Position numbers and translations under genes: made by a program
Shown: in pieces, positions 50,417 through 57,460 of the stretch
Layout: every line of letters begins with the position of its first letter
Position numbering within the stretch: position 1 is the stretch's first letter
The notes under the pieces: generated by a model
Databases searched by the model: none
The model's input: only the letters and a program-made list of their open reading frames with translations
What the model was told of the DNA's origin: nothing
Virus record (IMG/VR): IMGVR_UViG_3300011271_000005
Coordinates: 1 to 57,460 of that record
Length of the DNA stretch: 57,460 nt
Direction: 5' to 3' (one strand)
Origin: a virus

Positions 50417-50839
50417 ATGCCCTTAACTCTTCCGAGTAAACAAGTCAGACAATACACCACTTCTAAACAGTTAATTGGCGGTGATGATTTTAACGGAATC
50501 GTCGCTCAATTAAATTCATCAGCGGTTGGTATCACTGCTGGTGTTGGTGGTGGTTCTGCTAATGCTGTTGCACTAGCTAATGCTTTTAATACTATATCAA
50601 CGGTCGCTAGTGCCAATGATAGTGTAAAACTTCCAAAAGGTTTTGCTGGTTTGGAAGTCAGTATTGCCAATCAAGCCGCAGCTAACTCACTTCAAGTATT
50701 TACTTCTAGTAAAGGCCTTATCAATAATACTGATGGTGTCGCTACTGGAGTAGCTTTAGCTGCTAGTCAAACATCATATACATTATATTCGTGTTTTAGA
50801 ATAGATGCTACTAATGGTGAAATTTGGTTATCTAAGTAA
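50417..50839 (+). CDS. Cassette protein B (140 aa), no signal peptide
   Basis: SD aaagga. The protein is Ala/Gly/Ser-rich. A terminator follows. Confidence 0.6.
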   Translation: MPLTLPSKQVRQYTTSKQLIGGDDFNGIVAQLNSSAVGITAGVGGGSANAVALANAFNTISTVASANDSVKLPKGFAGLEVSIANQAAANSLQVFTSSKGLINNTDGVATGVALAASQTSYTLYSCFRIDATNGEIWLSK

Positions 50840-50853
50840 TTACTCCCCAGACT

Positions 50854-50884
50854 TGCCCCGGTGCAGAAGCCGGGGCATCTTTTT
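50854..50884 (+). terminator. Rho-independent terminator inside the cassette
   Basis: tgccccgg / ccggggca (8-bp stem, 8-nt loop) followed by TCTTTTT. It lies inside the N-terminal extension of track ORF 50805..51335, which argues against that extension. Confidence 0.75.
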
Positions 50885-50897
50885 AGGAATAAGTTTT

Positions 50898-51335
50898 ATG
50901 AAGAAATTATTAGTACATATTGTAGCATTATTTTTATTACTTTGCCCACAATTAGCTTTAGCTGCTAATGCATTTTTAGCTGATTCTAAAATTAAAATTA
51001 CATCTATTATTGTAGCTAATAACACGACTGCTGTTGTAATTAGCACTACACAATCAACTGTTTATTCAGTAGATGCTTTTAACAATGCTGGTGCGATTGC
51101 TTATGTAAAATTATATAACGCATCAACTGGTACTTGTGGTACTGGAACTCCGCAAGCTCGTTATATGATTCCATTTGGGGCTAGTTCCTCTGGTGGCGGA
51201 TTTAATGTTTCAAATATTAACGGCGATGCTTATGCTAATGGAATTGTGATGTGTATTACTACTGGTATAGCAGATACTGATATTGTTGCTCCGAGCTCTA
51301 ATGCTTATATTGTCAATATTCATTATAAGAATTAA
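50898..51335 (+). CDS. Exported protein C (145 aa)
   Basis: SD agga. Signal peptide MKKLLVHIVALFLLLCPQLALA/AN. It shares a TG(T/A)TCG(T/A)GT-containing segment with 51530..52216. Confidence 0.65.
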   Translation: MKKLLVHIVALFLLLCPQLALAANAFLADSKIKITSIIVANNTTAVVISTTQSTVYSVDAFNNAGAIAYVKLYNASTGTCGTGTPQARYMIPFGASSSGGGFNVSNINGDAYANGIVMCITTGIADTDIVAPSSNAYIVNIHYKN

Positions 51336-51518
51336 ATGAAAACCATTTTAACAGCCATTCTTATCATTAGTGTGGGCATAGTGACTGCTTACGCTGGTGG
51401 TTTTTCTATGCTTCATGTTGGCTCTGCTGATGGTAATGGTGGCGGAGGTGGTGGTTGTTCTAACCAACTTGATTTTTCACAAGCTTGTAATTCTCAGTAT
51501 ATACCGATTATTCATTAA
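51336..51518 (+). CDS. Exported Gly-rich peptide D (60 aa)
   Basis: The ATG abuts the upstream stop. Signal peptide MKTILTAILIISVGIVTAYA/GG. The roughly 40-aa mature part has GNGGGGGGC and two Cys. Confidence 0.5.
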   Translation: MKTILTAILIISVGIVTAYAGGFSMLHVGSADGNGGGGGGCSNQLDFSQACNSQYIPIIH

Positions 51519-51529
51519 AGGATAGCACA

Positions 51530-52216
51530 ATGTTTAAAAAGCTTCTGCTAACAATCGCATTCTCGTTAGTTGCGAGCAGTGCATTTGCGGTATGTGGTGC
51601 TATCCCATTAACTATTAAAGATGCTAGTGCAGCAACTCAAAACATATCATCTGCTACTGCTGCTGATGGTAATTGTAAAACTTATATAGACGCTGATACT
51701 GCTTCACAAATTCATACCGATTTGACTGCATCTATTCCTGCCGGTGCTAATTTAATTGGTAAAATTGGTATTGATCAGACTACACCGGGAACAACTAATG
51801 CTGTAGCAGTCACAGCTGGTACTAATCGCATTGGTTATGTTACTGATGATCCTTGTAGCAATGCTAGTTCGAAACTATATAAGCCCATTAGTATAACAAC
51901 CGCTACCACAACCAATATTATTACTGGGACTGCTGCAAAGATAATATATATTTGTCAGCTTTTTCTAACTTCTGCCGCAGCAGATAATATTGCGGTTATC
52001 GAAGGAACTACAGGAGCTACGTGTGGTGCTGGTACCGCAGGTGTAATAGGTGGCACAACTGCAACCAATGGGCTTAACTTTGCGGCCAATGGTGGCGTGT
52101 CAATTGGTAATGGCGCTGCTAATATTGCGCGAACAGCTACTGTCAATAATGATATTTGTTTGATTACGTCAGCGTCTACTCCGCTTGCTGGAGGTATCAC
52201 TTATGCTGTGCAATAA
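51530..52216 (+). CDS. Exported protein E (228 aa), apparent paralogue of C
   Basis: SD aagga. Signal peptide MFKKLLLTIAFSLVASSAFA/VC. The protein is Thr/Ala/Gly-rich. Confidence 0.65.
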   Translation: MFKKLLLTIAFSLVASSAFAVCGAIPLTIKDASAATQNISSATAADGNCKTYIDADTASQIHTDLTASIPAGANLIGKIGIDQTTPGTTNAVAVTAGTNRIGYVTDDPCSNASSKLYKPISITTATTTNIITGTAAKIIYICQLFLTSAAADNIAVIEGTTGATCGAGTAGVIGGTTATNGLNFAANGGVSIGNGAANIARTATVNNDICLITSASTPLAGGITYAVQ

Positions 52217-52217
52217 A

Positions 52218-53144
52218 ATGAAAAGTCTTTTTATTGTTCTAATGCTATTTTTACTTCCAATATCGGCTGAAGCCGCAACTTGTTTTTGGGTCGGTGGTGT
52301 CGGTACTTGGAGTACGGCTAATGCTGCGTCATGGTCATCTTCTACTGGAGGTGCTGGGAGTACTTGTGCTGCGACTGGTGGTATTCCAAAGCAAGCGGCT
52401 GATACAGCTACGTTTGATGGAGCGTCTGGTGGTGGAACCGTTACTGTTGATACAACTATTAACGGTGTGACGCTCACTCAGATTACAATGGGTGCATTTA
52501 CAGGCACGCTTGATTTCAGCATTAATAATCCAAGTGTGACCATGGCGGTGATGTCTATAAGTGGAGCTGGCACACGGACTGTGAAGCTGGGAAGTGGTAC
52601 GTTCACGCTCACGTCGAATAATACCAGCAATATGTTCGATGCATCTACGATCACAGGATTAACCCTTACGGCCGGAACGTCCACAATAAATTTCGCTCCA
52701 TCTAGCGCACCCAATGGCTCATGGGGATTAGCGAGTGGTGGATTGAATGGCGCAAACGCACTCAACAATGTTACGTTTACATTTGGATCAAGCTCCGCAG
52801 TGCGAAATGCTTTCATTACTGGAAGCAACACGATTAACGTGCTGACTGTGGGAGCCAATGTTGCATTACAGCCTAATTCAAATACGACGCAAATTTTAAC
52901 CTCTCTTATAATCGGGGGTACTAGTTCTCTTCAGACGATGCTGGGAGGGGCAGCTTCAACGCCTGCGATCATTAGTATAGCGACAGGTACAATCAACTTA
53001 AGTTGGGCTGGAATTCGAGCTGTAACCTTCACAGGAGGGGCGACATTCATAGCGGCGAACTCTTTTGATCTAGGCAATAATAGCGGAATTACGATTACTG
53101 GACCTGCAGGTGGCGCTGGTGGTGGCCATATCATCGGCGGGTAA
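52218..53144 (+). CDS. Exported beta-helix-like protein F (308 aa)
   Basis: ATG 52218 lies 1 nt after the upstream stop. Signal peptide MKSLFIVLMLFLLPISAEA/AT. CFWVGGVGTWSTANAASW and repeated G-T-x-T-L-T strings resemble autotransporter-type beta strands. Confidence 0.6.
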   Translation: MKSLFIVLMLFLLPISAEAATCFWVGGVGTWSTANAASWSSSTGGAGSTCAATGGIPKQAADTATFDGASGGGTVTVDTTINGVTLTQITMGAFTGTLDFSINNPSVTMAVMSISGAGTRTVKLGSGTFTLTSNNTSNMFDASTITGLTLTAGTSTINFAPSSAPNGSWGLASGGLNGANALNNVTFTFGSSSAVRNAFITGSNTINVLTVGANVALQPNSNTTQILTSLIIGGTSSLQTMLGGAASTPAIISIATGTINLSWAGIRAVTFTGGATFIAANSFDLGNNSGITITGPAGGAGGGHIIGG

Positions 53145-53150
53145 AATACA

Positions 53151-56100
53151 GTGAAAATTTCTCGTCGAAGTTTTGTTCACGGTGCCTGTACAATTGCTGC
53201 AGTCTCATTAAGACCAAATCCTGTTGAAGCATGGTTTCATGGTATGCCTATCATATCGCCGGGCCATTCAGTTCTCAACGCGAACTTCGCTGCTGATCAG
53301 TATTTGAATATCGCCAAGGGATTCACCGTTTCTCTTTCTGGAACGATGACGCCAGCAAGTCTAAATGCGGATCAATATCCGACCGGGATTATCCCGAACA
53401 CCTATGGTGGGAACACCGGATCGAGCGGAATCGATCCATCGTATTTTGGGCACTATACGATCGCTTGGACTGGCGTATCGGCTTTCACGGTAGCCGGAAA
53501 GCCCGTCATCATTTACAATGGTGGCACTTTTGCGGGTTTGGGCGGCGCTTCTGGCGTCGTTCAAAACAATGTCACCATCGGAACGACAGCTAACCCAAGC
53601 GTTGAGTTGGCTGTTGGCGCGCTGATCACCAGCGTGACCACGAGCGGCGGCGGTCTTGTTCAGTTTGGAACGACGACTGGTTTCTGGGGCAACTTCGCTA
53701 CCGGCACGAATGTTAAACTTAATAATCTGACGGGCCTTCCGGCTGGCCCGAATGCCGATGGATCGTGGACGGCGACCAAGGTCGACAATCAGACCTTCAC
53801 ACTCAACGGCTCTGCGGCGTTCGCTGGATTGGTCAGCATCAACACCTCCGGGACGGTCGGAGTAAACACGGAGGCTATCGCCAGCGTCACACAATTCGCT
53901 TTCACTTGGAATCCAACGTTCTCCGCTGTAAATGTCACCCACAATTTCAGCAATTTCATCTTCTGCAACACTGCAAATCTGACTGACCTTAACGCCGGGT
54001 TGCAGCTTAGCCGTCCCTGCATTGCGACAATCAAAGCGGTCAACCCGCGCTATGTCCGCTTCATGGACGCGATGGCGACGCAGGGATTGGTTTCGAACTT
54101 CGCGAGCAAGGCTCCGAGCACCTCCATGGTATGGGGCGCTTTGAGATTTGATCCCACATATTATGGTGGCACGACCGCCGGATCGGCTGATGCCTATACC
54201 TGCTCGAACCCCTCCGCTTCCGGAGGCGGCGCCTATGTAGATGGCGAAACCGTCACAGTCTATGTGGACCGATCGAGCACGACGACCAGCCCGACACTCA
54301 ATGTAAGCGGGCGCGGCGCAGCGAAAATCTTTTCGCGATCGATGCAAAATCTGGTCATGAACATAACTAGTACGGGAGTCAAGAACGCCGCTCTGACCTC
54401 CATATCCGGCTCTGGGACCACAGCTACGGCGACGACCACGGCGCCACACGGATTGACCAACGGCGATCAGTTCGGGATGACGATCGCCGGAGTGACACCC
54501 AGCACCTTTAACGGAACGGTTCTCTGCACCGTCACGGGCGCAAGCACGTTTACCTATCCGAACACGACCAGCGGTGCGGCTTCGGTTGCGGGCAACTATT
54601 CGGTCAATACACGGATCGGTGACATCCTCACCTTCACGTTCACCAATGCCGATTTTGGAACTTATGCTCCGACATATATCGTACAGAGCACCGATCTCAG
54701 CATCGACACCCTTGGTGGACATATAGGCGGCAGTGTCGGTTCGCTTAACGCCGATCTCACCTTAACCGGCAGCGGAATATTTGTTCAGAACAGCGGCGGT
54801 GGATATCTTCCGGTCAATTGCAGGACTGCCACGACATGCGCATTTGGTGTTTCCGGATCGACAATTGAAGCATGCAGCCCCGGCACGATGTCGGGAATCA
54901 CCCAATCTGGAACAGTTGGCTTTCTGACCATCAACACCGCTGCCACCTTTATCTACAATACGCTTTTGGGCGGCTTCATCTTTATTGGCGTCGGCGGTGT
55001 CACCTGCGGCGTTCCGCTGGAATACATCTATGAGATATGCACCAGGGCGAATGCTGGAGCGTGGGTTTGCTTGAACGTTATTTACACTCAGGCTGCGACG
55101 GTCTCTCTCGGTGCAGCCATGGCAACAAATCTGCCGGGGCTTCCGGTGGTCTGCGAGTATAGTAACGAGGTCTGGAATTTCGGCGAATTCCCGGTTACTC
55201 AGTGCAACGGTCTTGCTGCATGCATTGGATTTGGGACTTCGGGCGGCGGCTACATGGATTTCTACGGTCTGCGCACGGCTCAATTGTTGCCCGCGTTCGC
55301 TTCAGGCTGGACCGGCACCGGAAGACCCATCAACACGACAGCGGCGGGTAGAGACCTTGAATTAGTAAATGCCATGACTCCGCTGGAAGGGAGCGGAGGC
55401 TTTACAGGTCAAATGGTGCCGCTGCGCTGGAACGGCGGATGTCTGTCGCCTACTCCGATTGTTGCCACGGGCTCTATCACCGCGACGACATTGACCATGG
55501 CCGTTTCCGCAGGAGCCGTACCCAGGTGCGGAATGCAGGTTACAGGATCGGGCGTGACCGCTGGAACTGTGATAACCAAGGTGGTCAGCGGTACACAATT
55601 CACGGTCAACAATTCGCAGTCCGTCGCCAGCACGACGATTACGATCACTAATCCGCTCTACTCCGCACTCAGCGGCCCCGGCGGCACGGCATCATCGACA
55701 GCGTACAATGCTTTTCCGACGCGCCCGATTGATCTGGTGGACGGGACGTCTTACGCAACCTATGTTCAAGGGGCGCTGGCAGCGAATAACGCCAGCTCAT
55801 GGACTGGCACGCAATCGTTCTACAATACCCTGTTTCAGGCCAGCGCGGACTATGCCAGTGGCATCCCGGCATCGATGGCGAGTGCCATTACGGCTTGGAG
55901 CAATGACATCAGGGATGGCACGAAGAACGGAATTCGCAGCAGTGCGGGGATGTCTTCTTTCCTCGGAGTGACGAATGCCGCCGGAGGCAATAACTTTCTT
56001 CCGGGATGGGAAGCCAAAGTCGCCGTCTATGATGGCGCAAGGCCGAGTGGAAAGACAAACCTGAGCGTCAGGTGTTACGAAGGGATGATTCCGCAACAAT

Positions 56101-56459
56101 CGATGTCCAATAGTGATGGCGGCGTTAACCTAACCACTAGCGTCACCGACATGACAAACAAATTCAATGGCAACGCTTGGGTTCTCTCTCCAACCTACGG
56201 AGCAAGCAACGACGCTGTAGCGTTGAACATGGTCACTCTTGCGCTGGCCTATAAGAATGATCCGCAACTTGCTGCTGATCAGTTATACTTTTGGAACCAA
56301 CAAAAGGCCATTCATGTAAATCGGCCATTCAGCGGCGGCCAATTCGGTATCGAGGGAGGTAGTTCTAGCACATGGGCACTTTATCCGGGTGGCTTGACGT
56401 CAACACCATGGCAAAACTTGACCGGGCAAGCGCAGTACAATGCATTGAATGTCAATTAA
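53151..56459 (+). CDS. Giant GC-rich protein G (1102 aa): twin-arginine-type signal, fibre-like middle, possible glycoside-hydrolase-like C-terminal region
   Basis: GTG start. MKISRRSFVHGACTIAAVSLRPNPVEA/W carries an SRRxF motif, an h-region and AxA. The fibre-like strings are TLNVSGRGAAKI and TAPHGLTNGDQFGMTIAGV..FNGT..TV...TFTY. The C-terminal region has VVCEYSNEVWNF (NE motif). Coherent codon usage is seen only in this frame. Confidence 0.7.
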   Translation: MKISRRSFVHGACTIAAVSLRPNPVEAWFHGMPIISPGHSVLNANFAADQYLNIAKGFTVSLSGTMTPASLNADQYPTGIIPNTYGGNTGSSGIDPSYFGHYTIAWTGVSAFTVAGKPVIIYNGGTFAGLGGASGVVQNNVTIGTTANPSVELAVGALITSVTTSGGGLVQFGTTTGFWGNFATGTNVKLNNLTGLPAGPNADGSWTATKVDNQTFTLNGSAAFAGLVSINTSGTVGVNTEAIASVTQFAFTWNPTFSAVNVTHNFSNFIFCNTANLTDLNAGLQLSRPCIATIKAVNPRYVRFMDAMATQGLVSNFASKAPSTSMVWGALRFDPTYYGGTTAGSADAYTCSNPSASGGGAYVDGETVTVYVDRSSTTTSPTLNVSGRGAAKIFSRSMQNLVMNITSTGVKNAALTSISGSGTTATATTTAPHGLTNGDQFGMTIAGVTPSTFNGTVLCTVTGASTFTYPNTTSGAASVAGNYSVNTRIGDILTFTFTNADFGTYAPTYIVQSTDLSIDTLGGHIGGSVGSLNADLTLTGSGIFVQNSGGGYLPVNCRTATTCAFGVSGSTIEACSPGTMSGITQSGTVGFLTINTAATFIYNTLLGGFIFIGVGGVTCGVPLEYIYEICTRANAGAWVCLNVIYTQAATVSLGAAMATNLPGLPVVCEYSNEVWNFGEFPVTQCNGLAACIGFGTSGGGYMDFYGLRTAQLLPAFASGWTGTGRPINTTAAGRDLELVNAMTPLEGSGGFTGQMVPLRWNGGCLSPTPIVATGSITATTLTMAVSAGAVPRCGMQVTGSGVTAGTVITKVVSGTQFTVNNSQSVASTTITITNPLYSALSGPGGTASSTAYNAFPTRPIDLVDGTSYATYVQGALAANNASSWTGTQSFYNTLFQASADYASGIPASMASAITAWSNDIRDGTKNGIRSSAGMSSFLGVTNAAGGNNFLPGWEAKVAVYDGARPSGKTNLSVRCYEGMIPQQSMSNSDGGVNLTTSVTDMTNKFNGNAWVLSPTYGASNDAVALNMVTLALAYKNDPQLAADQLYFWNQQKAIHVNRPFSGGQFGIEGGSSSTWALYPGGLTSTPWQNLTGQAQYNALNVN

Positions 56460-56530
56460 CTTTTAAGAGTTTAAATAATAAATGCAATTACAAGATAACA
56501 CAATAGAATTTCCTGAGCGTAAGGAGGTGC

Positions 56531-57460
56531 ATGGTGGAGCAAATTATCGAGTTCCCTGATAAATTAGCCTTCTTATTATTTGAAAGTGCTCGTTTAAAAA
56601 TACCTTGGGGCGGTCGTGGTGCTGGCAAAACTGAGAATATTTGTCGTGCATTAATTCTATTATCTCGTACTAAAAAGCTTCGTATTCTTTGTGGTCGTGA
56701 ATTTCAAAATTCTATTGATGAAAGCGTCAAAGCAACCATTGAAGCTAATATTGAAGAGTTAGGATTAAGTGATGATTTTTATATAACTAAAAAACAAATC
56801 ATTTGTAGGTCTACAGGCTCACGTTTTATTTTTATGGGCTTGCGTTATAATATCAGTAAAATTAAATCAATGGGCCGAATCGATATTTGTTGGATTGAAG
56901 AAGCTGATAAAACTTCTGCTAATACATTAGATAAATTATTTCCTACTATTCGTGGTCGTTCTGATTTAGAAGAAGATAAAGGTGGTCCGTTTGGCGATGG
57001 TCCGGAAATATGGATGAGCTTCAATCCAGATTTAGAAGATGATGAAGTATATAAGCGATATGTTTTAAATCAAATTAAATATGCTCCTGAATATGTCAAT
57101 GGTAAGCGATATGCTATTGTAGCTAAAGTTAATTATTGGGATAATAAATGGTTTCCTCCTGATCTTAAGATGGAAATGGAGGTTATGCGTAATGCTAGTC
57201 AAGATAAATATCTTCAAGTGTGGGAAGGCCATGTTAAACAGATTTTAGAAGGCTCTATTTATGCAGAAGAATTACAAGAAGTACTTAAGAATAGTCGTCG
57301 AAAGCATGTTCCTCATGATCCTAATAAACCAGTATTAACATTTTGGGATTTAGGTCATTCTGATAAGACTGCTATTTGGTTTGTACAACGTGCTGGTGTT
57401 GAATTCAATGTAATTAATTATTATGAAGATAGATTAAAGAAAATACCATTTTATGTTAAA
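56531..57460 (+). CDS. terL: Terminase large subunit, N-terminal (ATPase) part; the ORF runs off the window and continues at 124..555
   Basis: SD aaggagg is followed by ATG 56531. Walker A is PWGGRGAGKT. CWIEEAD looks like Walker B. There is no stop before 57460. The joined gene is 1362 nt. Confidence 0.85.
   Translation, partial: MVEQIIEFPDKLAFLLFESARLKIPWGGRGAGKTENICRALILLSRTKKLRILCGREFQNSIDESVKATIEANIEELGLSDDFYITKKQIICRSTGSRFIFMGLRYNISKIKSMGRIDICWIEEADKTSANTLDKLFPTIRGRSDLEEDKGGPFGDGPEIWMSFNPDLEDDEVYKRYVLNQIKYAPEYVNGKRYAIVAKVNYWDNKWFPPDLKMEMEVMRNASQDKYLQVWEGHVKQILEGSIYAEELQEVLKNSRRKHVPHDPNKPVLTFWDLGHSDKTAIWFVQRAGVEFNVINYYEDRLKKIPFYVK
57338..57460. repeat. Terminal direct repeat, right copy (identical to 1..123)
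   Basis: Verbatim identity over 123 nt. Confidence 0.95.

Noticed and set aside
50805-50897. N-terminal extension of track ORF 50805..51335.
   Set aside because: The extension overlaps the preceding gene and contains a strong rho-independent terminator (50854..50884). ATG 50898 with an SD gives a canonical signal peptide.
48895-53144. Possible tandem DNA repeats, or a DGR-type template/variable repeat pair, in the Ala/Thr/Gly-rich cassette genes.
   Set aside because: The redundancy is compositional (GCT/ACT/GGT codons). I found no long near-identical DNA segments, and no reverse transcriptase gene exists in the window.
53361-56099. Long antisense and alternative-frame ORFs inside the 1102-aa gene (for example 53361..54722 on the minus strand at 453 aa, plus 54762..55283, 55362..55648 and 55669..56099).
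   Set aside because: They lie in the GC-rich island, where stop codons are rare. Their translations are Arg/Gly/Ser/Cys-rich low-complexity strings with no start context. Only the + strand frame 53151..56459 gives protein-like composition and recognisable motifs.
1-57460. CRISPR arrays, rRNA genes, and transposase/IS elements.
   Set aside because: I saw no regularly spaced direct repeats, no rRNA-like segments and no transposase-like ORFs on either strand.

Overview
The window is one complete AT-rich tailed-phage genome. The first 123 nt are identical to the last 123 nt, so the unique length is 57,337 bp and it is circular or circularly permuted. terL is split across the window ends. All calls come from reading the sequence and ORF translations by eye; no database or tool was run.

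Layout:
- (i) Morphogenesis block on the + strand, 56.5 kb through the junction to 21.4 kb. It has terL, an M15 endolysin, an HNH endonuclease, a P22-like portal and a 784-aa post-portal protein. These are followed by an acidic scaffold, a P22-coat-family MCP with a TTG start, an EndoVII/HNH gene and gp4-like and gp10-like tail adaptor/hub proteins. It ends with three ejection-like proteins and a collar-domain tail fibre with a beta-helix C-terminus.
- (ii) Small membrane proteins at 21.4-22.6 kb.
- (iii) Leftward operon, 34.6 to 22.6 kb. It has a Sak4-like ATPase, a GIY-YIG endonuclease, a DUF669-like SSB, a Cas4-like exonuclease, an SF2 helicase, a clamp-like protein and PolB. It ends with a GC-rich outer-membrane beta-barrel moron.
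- (iv) Rightward early operon, 34.7-48.1 kb. It has an HTH protein, a PrimPol-helicase, about 45 small ORFs, at least 9 sigma70-like promoters, a ParB-like protein, a VRR-NUC nuclease and tRNA-Leu(UAA).
- (v) A TerS-like gene, followed before terL by a 7.6 kb cassette of seven ORFs. Six of the seven start with Sec- or Tat-type export signals.

Most unusual observations:
- At least 28 exact copies of the octamer TGTGGGCA, where about one is expected by chance.
- The exported-protein cassette wedged between terS and terL.
- A complete tRNA(CAU) lying in frame inside the PrimPol-helicase ORF.
- A 28-nt C-tract (G-quadruplex / i-motif type) inside an iteron-like non-coding region.
- Sharply bounded GC-rich islands (about 48-63% GC against about 18-28% for the backbone) that all encode envelope-facing proteins.

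No rRNA, CRISPR array, integrase or reverse transcriptase was recognised.
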